From Octopus vulgaris (lineage: Eukaryota): a DNA stretch of 64,000 nt. Each line of letters opens with the position of its first letter. The first letter of the stretch is position 1. The stretch spans positions 191,208,001 to 191,272,000 of the forward strand of contig OX597815.1 in assembly GCA_951406725.2 (NCBI GenBank), given 5' to 3'. A model generated the notes under the pieces. It saw only the letters and a list, made by a program, of their open reading frames with translations. It did no database searches and was not told the DNA's origin. The translations under genes and the position numbers were made by a program. Positions 50,031-62,000 of the stretch are shown here, one piece after another.

Positions 50031-51127
50031 ATCATCATGATCATCGTCACCATCATCATTTAACGTCTGTTTTTCCCATGCTGGCATGCTTTGGATGGTT
50101 TGACAGTATGTGGGAGGACTGGAGCCATACCAGGCTCAGTAATCTCTTGTATGGGTTCTGCAGCTGGATGCCCTTCCTAACACCAGCCACCTTATAGAGT
50201 ACACACACATGCACACAAACACACACACACACACACTCATTATTTGTATATAGGAGGTAATAAAGTGATAAGATTGCCAACAGGAATCACACCTTGTACA
50301 TCTATTATAAACTGCTGCACCAGAGTGATTCCACAACTGCATTCATCTAAATTAGAAGCCTTAACCTAACAACTGCACTTTCTTCATATCACTAAACTGT
50401 CAATGGGGAAGTCAGTCTATACAGTTTCAAGGTATGATATTCTGTATTGGTTATATTTAGAAGAAGATGGAAAAAAAGTTGTAAAAGCCAGATATAGCAT
50501 TACAGATGTAGTTATAAATTTAACACATATAAAGCCTTACTGTTGAATGAAACCTAGTAGAGGTAGATATATCTGTGTGTGTGTGTCTGTCTGTCTGTCT
50601 ATCTGTGTGTGTCTATGTATCCCAAATTCCCAAGAGCAAAGTGTGTGTTTTATAGTTTGTGAGTTATTTTCAATTCCTGTCAGAAACTAGTTAGAAGACT
50701 GGGCTCTATTACATCTTGCTGTTTGTTTGAAAATATTAAGAAATAACTAATAAACCAACACAGCATGACAGGAAATCTTCTCATACAGAAAAAATGCTTA
50801 AATGCTTAAAACAAAGTATTGCTATCGAATGAAACTCAAGTACTCCAAGTTCTCAGCATTTTCTCTGTGGATATAAACCTTTCCTTCTGAGCATGAAGTT
50901 TTGCATGTGTGTGTGTACATATTTGAGTTGGTGATTATGTATATGGGCGTGTATATGTGTATAGGGTTTTGGTATCTATTTTTCTGTGTTTGCATGACTG
51001 GGATGGTTTAGTTGTTAGAGCAATAGGTATCTACTAATTTGTATTCGTACACAAAGGGGTCGCCTCTATGCAGAAGTAGCAGCTAAATCTCCCTGATATC
51101 ATGCCCTAAAGTCTTAAAAAAAGATTA

Positions 51128-51540
51128 AGGCGGCGAGCTGGCAGAAACGTTAGCATGCCGGGCGAAATGTGTAGCAGTATTTCGTCTGCTGTTATGTTCT
51201 CAGTTCAAATTCCGCCGAGGTCGACTTTGCCTTTCATCCTTTTGATGAATTAAGTACCAGTTATGCACTGGGGTCGATATAATCGACTTAATCCGTTTGT
51301 CTGTCCTTGTTTGTCTTCTCTGTGTTTAGCCCCTTGTGGCTAGTAAAGAAATAGGTATTTCGCCTGCCGTTACATTCTGAGTTCAAATTCCGCTGAGGTT
51401 GACTTTGCCTTTCATCCTTTCGGGGTCGATAAATTAAGTACCAGTTACGCACTGGGGTCAATGTAATCGACTTAATCCCTCTGTCTGTCCGTGTTTGTCC
51501 CTTCTATGTTTAGCCTCTTGTGGGCAATAAAGAAATAAAA
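51128..51540 (+). mobile_element. Dimeric SINE family B
   Basis: Head + two body/tail units joined by gaaataggtatttcg. Confidence 0.88.
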
Positions 51541-51834
51541 AGATTGGCTACATCCGATAATTTAGCCATTGACATAGTGTGAAAGAGCTGGGAAAGACTG
51601 GATGGTCATAACTGGAATATATTTGATCAAGGTCGACAGCAATTCCAGAACATTAAATAACAAATTCAAATCTGCTTGGTAAGCAAGATATATGTGACTG
51701 GATTCCAATCTGCAGATTTCAAGCTATTTTTTGCTCTTAAATTTTTTGTTGAGAAATGTGTTTAATTTAATACTGCTAATAGTGAAACCCTAACTCCCAC
51801 CTCTCTCTCTCACATACATACACACACCTGTGCT

Positions 51835-53445
51835 ACACCTCATCTAAACTAATTTTTTCTTATTAGTTGTCCATAACACTCTGTTACTTTCATAACTTGT
51901 TCCATCAGTTTTATACCTCTACAGAGCACCACCTTTGCCAGTATGGCAGTTGATGACGAAACTGTTATGCTGGTCATTGTTAATGACCCCTACCTGTACT
52001 ACCTGACTGACTCTGCAAGTCACTTTTGCATATCATTCATTATCAGATTTGTCAATATCTTAATTATTATCTCTAATGATCCAATTACTTCCCTTACCTT
52101 CATATCCATAGCTGTCAATTTCAATATCTAGTCCCTCTTCTGGGTCTACTTTGGATAATCCTTCTCTCTTCCATACATTCCTCTAACTTAGAAGCCTTTC
52201 ATTATAACATACTCTCCTGAGCATTAGTGAGAGCAAGTGTACCCCTTACCAATAATTTCCTGATCCATTCCAACACACTGCTTTGCAATCCAGAACACTT
52301 CATGCCTATGATACATTCACAAAACATTAGCTGATCTCTTATTTTCTGTTTCTCTCCTTGTTAGGTATACCTGAAATCTTGTTTTCCCTTCTAGCTGCCT
52401 TATATTGTTCCTTACCCACTGTCTCTTCTATTCTGTCTAGACCTGTCTCTCAGCTTTATAATATTTGTATCACCTTTAATCTGCCTGGGATCTTGCTTCA
52501 ATCATGGATCTACTTTAGGATTCAAAGAAGGTTATCTTGTAGAATTTCTTTGTCTACCTGCTTGGCACTTGTATTACCTAGTATTTCTTTCAACTTACAT
52601 CTCATCAAAGGATCTTTCAACTTCCATACCTTCCTTCTTCAGAGTGTTTTGTGTTTCTGGATTGGTCAGCTCTTACTCTGACATCACTAATCCTTAGTCT
52701 ATGTTGAGTGGCACATTCTTCACCAGGAAAACTATTATTATTCACAACTAATAGCTGACTGTGGAGACGCAATGGCCCAGTGGTTAGGGCAGCGGACTCG
52801 TGGTCATAGGATCGTGGTTTCGATTCCCACACCAGGCATTGTGAGTGTTTATTGAGCAAAAGCACCCAAAGCTCCATGAGGCTCCGGCAGGGATGGTGGT
52901 GAACCCTGCTGTACTCTTTCACCACAACTTTCTCTCACTCTTTCTTCCAGTTTCTGTTGTATCTCTATTTCAAAGGGCCAGCGTTGTCACACTCTATGTC
53001 ATGCTGAATCTCCCCAAGAACTATGTTAATGGTTCACGTGTCTGTGGAGTGCTCAGCCACTTGCATGTTAATAAATGAGCTGCGATGTCACTGGTGCCAA
53101 GCTGTATCAGCCTTTGCCTTTCCCTTGGATAACATCAGTTGCGTGGAGAGGGGAGGCTGGTATGCGTGAGCAACTGCTGGACTTCCATAAATAACCTTGC
53201 TCAGACTTGTGCCTTGGAAGGTAACTGTCTAGGTGCAATCCCATGGTCATTCGTGACCAAAGGGGGTCACAAATAGCTGACTGTCCTGCTTCCTGATGAG
53301 TATAAAGTTTCATTGGCTTGCATATTTATCTAAATGATTGATGATCAGGAGGCTGGCCAGTTTCCAGAAGTTAGTGTTGTGAATAGTCTAAAAGACCCAA
53401 TCCCACTACATTCCTTGCACTCTAAACATAGTCTCCATGGATATA
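51835..53445 (-). pseudogene. Decayed RTE/BovB-type LINE fragment (APE C-terminus to start of RT), interrupted by a SINE
   Basis: Minus strand NTNFWKLASLLI..FILIRKQDSQL | FPGEECATQHRL..WKLKDP..GTLALT..VDPEEG..GVINND..INCHTGKGGAL..RGIKLMEQVMKVTE..QLIR..SLDE. Confidence 0.8.
52761..53271 (+). mobile_element. Full-length long variant of SINE family C with TSD
   Basis: aatagctgact(gt) at 52750-52762 and 53272-53284; tRNA-like A/B boxes. Confidence 0.9.
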
Positions 53446-53463
53446 AGATTAACCATTATAGTA

Positions 53464-53640
53464 CAGGGTGTTCAAAAAGTCTCTCTGCATTAAGTATTTT
53501 ATTGCAGAATAAATATTTATAAGATGGTTTAAGACTACAAAAGAATATATTAGACTTTACAAGACTGTAAAAAAACTTTATATGAGGTGTTGAAAATGTC
53601 GAGAGAAAATTCACTGCAAAGAGACTTTTAGAACACCTTG
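53464..53640. mobile_element. Tc1/mariner-type MITE
   Basis: TA|cagggtgttcaaaaagtctctctgca ... tgcaaagagacttttagaacaccttg|TA. Confidence 0.85.
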
Positions 53641-53869
53641 TATTATCGAACTTCGTTACTGCCAACCACAACCACCGGCTATAATAACTAAGTCTCTGTT
53701 GTTCAATATTGAATTAGTCAGCTAAAGCTCATAGAAAAGGTTGCTTTGTTAATTAGTTAGTCATAATTGTGGTATGCATGCAAAGATGACTATTGCTATC
53801 ATGTTGCCTTTAACTAAACTAAGCTTAATTATTCTGTCAAATATTCTAGTGTCAGGCTCAGCTTGACTG

Positions 53870-54320
53870 TATCGCACTGGCACCTTGGCATGTATCTTCT
53901 ACTATAGCCTTGGGTTAACCAATGCCTTATGAGTGAAATTCATCATTGTCATCATCATTATCATCATTTCATTCCGTCTTGTGACTGAGGTCTGGAAAGC
54001 CAGTGACTGCACCAGGCTCCAATCTGATCTGGCAATGTTTCTACAGCTGGATGCTCTTTCTAATGCCAACCACTCTGAGAGTGTAGTGGGTGCTTTTTAC
54101 GTGCCACTAGTATAGGAGCCATCAGGTGGGTCTGGCATCGGTCACGTTCAGACAGTGCTTTTTTATGTGCCACCAGCATGGTAGCCAGTCAGGGGGCACT
54201 GGCATCGGCCGCATTTGCATGATGCTTTTTACATGCCTCCTGCACGGGGGCCAGTCAGGTGGCTCAGGCATCAATCACATTTGAATTGTGAAATGGAAAC
54301 TATACAGAAGCCTGTCATAT
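53870..54320. mobile_element. SINE A fragment (+) interrupted by family D (-, ~53941-54288)
   Basis: SINE A resumes at ggaaac...agaagcctgtcatata; gtgaaat on both sides of the insert. Confidence 0.7.
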
Positions 54321-54412
54321 ACATATGTATATGTGTGTATGTATGAGTGAATGGATATTGTCATTTTTGCTTCTTCACATGAGACTGCTCCAGCCTGAAA
54401 TAGTAATATTAT

Positions 54413-54673
54413 AAAAAAAAATAAATGCGCCCTTTTAAAGCCTAGCCAGGCTCATGGGCCCGGTTTCCTGGTTTCTATGGTGTATGTGTTCCCCAGCTGG
54501 ACGGGACACCAGTCCATTGCAGCATTACTCATTTTTGCCAGCTGAGTGGACTGGAGCAACGTGAAATGAAGTGTTTTGCTCAAGAACACAACGCATCGCC
54601 CAGTCCAGGAATCGAAACCACAATCTTGCGATCATGATGCTGACACCCTATCCACTAAGCCACGTGCCTCCAC
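54413..54673 (-). mobile_element. Full-length short SINE (family C-type head) with 16-bp TSD
   Basis: TSD gaaatagtaatattat at 54397-54412 and 54674-54689; A box tggcttagtgg, B box gtttcgattcc; ends in a T-run. Confidence 0.9.
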
Positions 54674-55903
54674 GAAATAGTAATATTATGTTTACATTTT
54701 CTGCAAACATCATTCCTTGTGGCTCCTTTAAAGTTTAGTGGAATAAAAAAAAATCCCTAATTTGAAAGACAAGTCAAAGGTTGAACCAGAATGAGGTAAA
54801 ACAAACAAGCAAGCTCTATCCCATATTACTTATTTATCTGCCAACTATATGCTTGTTCTTCCAACTCCCATACTGTTACTTACCTAGAATGGTTCGCAAG
54901 TAACTGTGTTCTTTCCTATCATCAATGATGTCCTAACGTTGATAGTAGCAACCTTGAAGTTTTGTACCTAACAGCGATAGGGTAATTTCTGATGGTGCTT
55001 TGGTTGTTTGTTGCGTGTTTTCTGCATCTGAAAGGAAGCGGGTTGGTATAATTGTTTGCTGACAATCAAGGGATTCTTACACATGGCTACATGTTCCCAC
55101 CTGGCCACCCCACTACTTTGCCCAGCACTGACACGGTAAATGTTAACACTGAATACGCAATATATACATGGTTGTTTTTCTGCCTTCTTATCTAACGAAT
55201 TATCTGTATTTTGTTTACCCTCTTAATTTTCAAGGTAATCTTTTTAGCACTATCAGCTTTGCTTGTCACACACACGTATATACACACATGTAAATATATG
55301 TACTTAAGAGATTGCGTTAAGAACACACATGCACACATATACATGCACATTCGAATACTAACAGTATGTAAATGAAAGAAGAGAGTACTGACTACAGAGA
55401 ATATTGTATACATATATTTACTCTAACATTGTCTCATTTAGGAAATTTCTACCTGAATATAATTCTACCTTACATCTTGGTTGTTTCTCTATATTTACTC
55501 AAATCTGCAGAATTGCCAATTTCCTGTCTTCTATTATCTCTTCTCTTTTGAACTTCATTTCTCTTTCATCAATTCAAATTATCTTATTTTATTCTTTGTC
55601 TCACCTTTGTTCTTTTCATTCTCTACTATTAGCTCAGCCTGTATCAGTGAAACTCACTTTTATCATCTGTTTCTAGCACATCCGCTGCACAACTCGTATC
55701 TTGTGCAGCCGCTCTCTGAAATTCAAAGAGAATATTAATTAGCCAACCTGGTCTTTCTTTTGCTAATCTCTCCATTCTTTAACTTTCCACCACAAGAGTT
55801 TGAACCAGTGGTTCACAGCTGGGGTCACAACCAGGTTTCATATGATCCTTGGTGGGGTCCATATAAGATTTTGCTAAACTTTATCTACAATAAATTGGTT
55901 ATA

Positions 55904-56273
55904 TACTTTATTTACATTATTTACATTTGACAGATATTTGTCCTCGTCTTGTTTGTTGTTCACACAACATTTCGGCTGATATACCTTCCAGCCTTCATCA
56001 GGTGTCTTGGGGAAATTTCAAACCTGGGTTCTCATTCCTAAGGAATTTTTCGATGTTGTTGTTGTTGTTGTTGCTGTTGTTGTTGTTGTTGTCGTCGTCG
56101 TCGTCGTCGTTGTCGTCGTCGCCGTCGTCGTCGTCGTCATTCAGGTCTCTGCCTGAAATCAAACTGGGAATCTTGGGGTTAGTAGCCTGCGCTCTTAACC
56201 ACTATGCCATATCCATCAAATGTAAATAATATAAACAAAGTCCATAATTCCTCATCTCTTAAATATAGAAATG
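55904..56273 (-). mobile_element. tRNA-headed retroposon carrying a hammerhead ribozyme, with inverted terminal duplication
   Basis: Minus strand: A box TGGCATAGTGG (56199-56209), B-box-like GTTTGATTTC (56155-56164), (GAC/AAC)n, hammerhead 55962-56006; 26-bp inverted repeat 55911-55936 / 56210-56235; direct repeat aaattggttata at 55892-55903 and 56274-56285. Confidence 0.7.
55962..56006 (-). ncRNA. Minimal type I hammerhead ribozyme-like motif
   Basis: gacac CTGATGA a ggctg-gaaggtatat-cagcc GAAA tgtt gtgt: stem I acac/gtgt, 5-bp stem II, near-palindromic stem III AA(C>T)GTT. Confidence 0.65.
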
Positions 56274-56549
56274 AAATTGGTTATAATTCTACAATACACA
56301 AAAGATTTTAATAATTATTTTTATATGATTCATAATAGTATTTATTTACAAAAATATAATTTTTTTTAAACATTGAATGGCTAGGAGGGTTCACCCAAGT
56401 AAATTAAGAATCAAAGGGGTTCATAGGCAAAAAGAAGTTGAGAACCATTGTTTTTACACAGTGGCTATATACAAGATCTAAGCCAATATTTTTCTCAGTT
56501 TGACATTTTGTACCTTGAGTTTTTTGTATTTTGTAGTTATTAAACATAT

Positions 56550-56920
56550 AGGCACAGGAGTGGCTGTGTGGTAAGTAGTTTGCTTACAAAACCTCATGGT
56601 TCTGGGTTCAGTCCCACTGCATGGCACATTGGGCGAGTGTCTTCTACTATAGCCTCAGGCCAACCAAAGCCTTGTGAGTGGATTTGGTAGATGGAAACTG
56701 AAAAGAAGCCCGTAGTGTGTGTGTGTGTGTGTGTGTGTGTCTCCTCAACATCACTTGACAACTGATGTTGGTGTGTTTACATCCGTAATTTATCAGTTCA
56801 GCAAAAGAGACTGATAGAATAAGTACTAGGCTTACAAAGAAATAAGTCCTGGGGTCGATTTGTTCGACTAAAGGTGGTGCTCCAGCATGGCCGCAGTCAA
56901 ATGACTGAAACAAATAGAAG
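56550..56920 (+). mobile_element. Full-length SINE family A
   Basis: Head to tail hairpin. Confidence 0.88.
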
Positions 56921-58016
56921 AATATGAGATGGTTGTTTTGTTTTGTTTTGTTTTTCTGTTTTTCTTTTTGTTTGTTTTTGTTTGTTTTTTTCCACCTGAT
57001 GGCTTGGTTAGATTGGTTTTACAGCTTGAATGATTTCTCAGTTTATAATCTGAGTGAATCGTTGGAGGATGTTGTTTTATGCTCAGATGCTCCCCTCCAT
57101 TCTGCTGTGAATCGAATTAATGGTTATTTCCTAGTTTAATGGACTGAGCTAAGTCATGTTCTTTGCCTTAGAGTTCATGTGCATTCCATTTGGATTCTTT
57201 ATATAAAAAGTATTGAAGCACCATAGCTATTCACACATTTTACTGTGGCTGCTGCTGTTATTGTTGTTGCTGTTATTGTTGATGTTGTTGTTGTTGTTGT
57301 TACATTGGTCAGCTATGATCAAGCAGATAAAAAGTATTCTAGCCCTGATTATTTTTTTTTTATACCAAGTGCCACATATCAGAAGTGGTTTCACATACTA
57401 GTGTAGCTCATTTCAACAGTGGTGCCCCAGCATGGTCGCAGCTTTCGGGCTGAAACATTTTTTTTTTTAAAGGATATATCTCTTTCTCAGTTCTTTAATG
57501 TATGCTTATTGTTTTCTTTCAAGACAGCAGGGCATGGTATTTTTTCAAGCCAAACAACTAAACTAAAGGAGCTGGGAGGTCCCTTTTCTGTTATTGACAA
57601 AATAAAAACATTGATAACAAAATAAAAAGCAAAAATAAAAAAAAATCTATTTTAGCCACATTGCAAATTGTACTCAACAGACAACCTAAAAGAACCATTG
57701 ATATTTTCTTCTATGTCAACATAGCTTGGGATAAAACCTGCCAGCACCAAACACTACCACCACTACAACACACGTTTGTGTGTGTGTGTTGCCCTTGTTT
57801 TTAACAGTCTCCACTCATTATAAACAAGCTTTGCCATCATACAAGCTGTAATGTTTGTTTGCAACCTCCCATGGGAAGTACATCTGGGCAAGAGAGAAAA
57901 CATTACCTTGCTAGGAAACAGATGATGGTTGGTAGCAGGAAGAGCATCCAGTTTCAATGAATTTCATCTAATCCATGCAATTAGGGAAAAGTAGACATTA
58001 AAATGATGATGATGAT

Positions 58017-58390
58017 GTATCCATAGGTGACGGTCGTTCGGAGAATGCATGGGCTAAGACTACGCTCCTTCATTGGTCAGTTAAAGTTGAGACAGTGTCA
58101 CGTGACAACTTGCTGGGGGCTGCCTGCTGGAGCCTAGCAGCAGGTATTTAAAGGGAAAAATTTGACAAGAAAGTCAGTCGCCTGCTGACACTCATTGACA
58201 CTACATCGAAGAAAGAAGACATGCACTCAACACCAGAGCTGAAGACATCTCCGAAAGTGGGGGGTGAGCACGTCAAAATGGTAGAGGAGTAGGGGCCGAA
58301 ACTGGACGCGGTTCCTCCTGATGATGTCTTGAGCTAACTGGATCCTATAAAGGAGCTGCTGTGGTAGCAGACCACAAAACACAGTTGAAA
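58017..58390 (+). promoter_or_regulatory. GC/CpG-richer block with promoter-like motifs, probably TE-derived
   Basis: ATTGG at 58072, palindrome TGTCACGTGACA 58096-58107, TATTTAAAG at 58145. Confidence 0.3.
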
Positions 58391-58944
58391 TTCCTCAGAC
58401 ACATACATATGCACAAACATACATCCATATATATATATATATATATATTATTCTTAAACAAGTATTTTATTGATAGTGACTTCAAAGTTTCAGCCAGTCA
58501 AGCCATCATTGGACTGGCCGAAACTTCAAAGTCCCTGTCAATAATATGTTTGCTTAAAAATAAACTCGTACTCAACAAAAGTACAGAGTAACCCATCAGA
58601 TTAATGTAAAATTGTTTTTATTATAACTGAACACAAAAACAACCATTAATACACACACTTGCACACTCAACACACATACACACAATGGGCTTCAGCCCAG
58701 TATCAAGGTACTAAATTCCACTCATATGGTCCAAGGCTAGGCTATGGTAGAAAACCCCTCCTCATGGTCCTGCACAATCGGATAAACCCTGTAACAAGAG
58801 GAAAATTATGAGTCAGGATTACCACTTTAGGAAGTATATTTAGATGTGTGCATGTAAGAAGGTTTGGAATGTATAAATGTATGTTTTATATAAAGGTAAT
58901 GATAAATATCAGAAGGCAATGTTTTTTTTTTTGTTAATAAACAA

Positions 58945-59142
58945 GCACAGGAGTGGCTGTGTGGTACGTAGCTTGCTTACCAACCACATGGTTCCAGGTT
59001 CAGTCCCACTGCGTGGCACCTTGGGCAAGTGTCTTCTACTATAGCCTGGTGCAGCCTCCTGGTTTCCCAGACCCCGGTCGAACCGTCCAACCCATGCTAG
59101 CATGGAAAACAGACGTTAAACAATGGTGATGATGATGATGAT
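58945..59142 (+). mobile_element. Chimera: SINE A head fused to family D (RTE) 3' end
   Basis: Switch at shared agcct (about 59043-59047); ends in (GAT)n. Confidence 0.8.
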
Positions 59143-59689
59143 CTTTTTGTAATCCTTGAAGAAAATGCAGTTATAAATTTCATTCATTAAAAAAATTCAT
59201 CATTCACATTTCAAGAAATGATATATCATAGAAACTTTATCAATTTTTTAGTTGTTCAGCACATGTGTCAAACACTGCTTGGTATTTGAAAAGGTTAAAT
59301 GAATTGAAAAATGAGTTAGCATTTGTCTTTCATTGTACTTTATTTCAGGTTTTCAAATGCAGCAACGTTATTCTTCAACTTATGAAAGAATAGAACTCTT
59401 TCTGTCTTGTTGTTCATTGATTTGCTTAATGTCTATTTTTCCATGCTATCATAGGCTGGAACAGGAAAGTTATTTGAGACAGGATTTTGCAACAGGGTGT
59501 TCTTCCTGCTGCCAACCTTTGACTGTTTTTTCAAGAGATATTTCATTCCAGAGATCTTGGAAAATGCAGAATGACTGGTCATAATGTCGACAATAAACGT
59601 CAATGTCTTCACCATTTCATTCAAGTGGAATATCAACATTCAAACATATTGATGTGCACATACACACATGCATACATCTTTTATTGCTT

Positions 59690-60100
59690 GTGGCACTTAT
59701 GCCGGTGGCATATAAAAGGCGGCGAGCTGGCAGAAACATTAGCACGCCGGGCGAAATGCGTAGCCATATTTCGTCTGCCATTACATTCTGAGTTCAAATT
59801 TGCCTTTCATCCTTTCAGGGTCAATTAAATAAGTACCAGTTGTGCACTGGGGTCGATATAATCGACTTAATCCGTTTGTCTTTCCTTGTTTGTCCCCTCT
59901 GTGTTTAGCCCCTTGTGGGTAGTAAAGAAATAAGCATGTAAAAGCACCTGTTACACTCTCAGAGTGGTTGGCATTAGGAAGGGCATCCAGCTGTAGAAAC
60001 CGTGCCAAATCAGACTGGAGTCTGGTGCGGCCCCTCAGCTTACCAGCCCTGGTCAAACTGTCCAACACATGGACAACAGATGTTAAATGATGATAATGAT
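59690..60100 (+). mobile_element. Family D interrupted by SINE B (59717-59932)
   Basis: Flanks gcatataaaag / gcatgtaaaag. Confidence 0.75.
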
Positions 60101-60834
60101 GTTTCATTCATTTGATTGCGACCATACTGGGGCACCACCTTGAAGAATTTTTAGCTGAATGAATCAACCCCAGTAGTTTTTCTTTTTAAGCCTTTTACTT
60201 AATCTCTTGGTCTCTTTTGCCAAAGCGCTAACTTACAAGGACATAAACACACCAACACTGGTTGTCAAACAGTGGTGGTGGAGGACAAACACAGACACAA
60301 AGACACACACACACATATATACACGTGTGTGTGTGTGTGTGAGTGACAGGCTTCTTTCATTTTTTCATCTACCAAGTCCACTGACAGGGCTTTGGTCAGT
60401 GCAAGGCTACAAGTAGAAGACACTTGCCCAAGATGCCATGCAGTGGGACTGAACCTGGAACCATGCAGTTGGGATTGCAATATCCACATACCTAATTCAC
60501 TCACAAGGCATTAGTTGGCAAAAGGTACACGCCCATGGTACCACACATTAGGATTGAACTTAGACTCACGGTTGTGAAAGGAACTCCCTAACCACACAGC
60601 TTAACTTGTGCCTTGTATCTCTGAATATTGATTCTCTTTAACTCTTATTCTTTTACTTGTTTCAGTCATTTGACTGTGGCCATGCTGGAGCACCGCCTTT
60701 ATTTGAGCAAATCGATCCCAGGAATTATTCTTTGTAAGCCTAGTATTTATTCTATCGGACTCTTTTGCTGAACCGCTAAGTTACGGGAGCGTAAACACAC
60801 CAGCATCGGTTGTCAAGTGATGTTGGGGGGACAA

Positions 60835-60883
<49 letters not shown>

Positions 60884-61053
60884 CATAGACATATATACGA
60901 CAGACCTCTTCCAGTTCTGTCAACCAAATCCACTTACAAGGCTCTGGTCGGCCCGAGGCTGTAGTAGAAGACACTTGCCCAAGGTGCCACGCAGTGAGAC
61001 TGAACCCAGAACTACTTAGTTGGTAAGCAAGCTAATTACCACACAGCCACTCC
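60100..61053 (-). mobile_element. Two SINE family A copies
   Basis: Reverse complement copies at about 60100-60480 and 60645-61053. Confidence 0.82.
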
Positions 61054-61619
61054 TGATTGTTTTACTTTAGGTGAAGACCACAATTTAATATAGGTATAAA
61101 TAGTCAATTAACCAATCATATCATATGTCTGTTATTTATTTTATTGCTCAATATTTCTTCGACAATGTGATGGAATGGCAGGAAGACCGGAATGCTAAAG
61201 ATAATAAAATTCTCCTCTCTCTAAATATTCCATCATACAAATAACTGACAAAACTGCTAAGGAATTTCTGATGGAAATAATCTATTCCTTTAAAATATCA
61301 GATTCCATCAGATGAAACAGGCAATGAATGGTATGCCGCCCCATGGCATAAATTCTGATTTAGGATTTTGGGTTTCCTTTATATGAAGATTTTTGATTGA
61401 CTGTGAGCCAGAGGTGAGCAGTGTACTACATTTGGAACCAGTTCAACTGTTATAAGTGCTATAAGATTGCTGTAAGTGAAATGTAGGATACAAATTCCTG
61501 GACTAACTGTCTGGCATTTATTCCTGACAGCAATTTCAGGACCAAAGTATTTGGTTATTTTAATGTGAAGTAAAAGTCAGATGTATAGCAGGTGCTGCTG
61601 AGGTCAACTTTACCTTTAA

Positions 61620-61838
61620 CTCTTTAGTATTTAAACCGGCCATATCCGGCCAAAATAGCTAATCTGTTTTATGTTCAAACTGACCAGATCCAGGCTCTCG
61701 CACCTACCCTACAATGTTATTCTACATTAAATAATTACACCATCAACATCTTGAAGATATGGGATAATGCATGATTAATTCAAATCAATGGGAATCAATA
61801 GGCATTATGTTTGATAGAATAATCTGAACACTAAAGGG
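61620..61838. mobile_element. piggyBac-type MITE inserted in a SINE B
   Basis: TTAA|ctctttagtatt ... aacactaaaggg|TTAA; removal restores gaggtcaactttacctttaatccctttggggttgataaattaagtacc. Confidence 0.85.
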
Positions 61839-61842
61839 TTAA

Positions 61843-61957
61843 TCCCTTTGGGGTTGATAAATTAAGTACCAGTGAAACACTGGGATCAGTGTATTCGACT
61901 AGTCTTTTTCCCCGCAAAGTTTCAGGCCTTGTGTCTTTATTAGAAAGGATTATTATT

Positions 61958-62000
<43 letters not shown>

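Larger units (their letters stand above)
55806..56449. mobile_element. hAT (Charlie-like) MITE hosting the hammerhead retroposon
   Basis: cagtggttcacagct ... agttgagaaccattg termini; related 5' piece near 41265; TSD unclear. Confidence 0.55.

Noticed and set aside
49373-50197. Five overlapping ORFs of 163-235 aa (His/Thr/Tyr/Cys-rich)
   Set aside because: Translations of a dinucleotide repeat on both strands; not the His-rich loop of a ZIP transporter
58230-58320. Hammerhead from CTGAAGA...GAAAC
   Set aside because: Stems I and III cannot both be paired with a valid cleavage triplet
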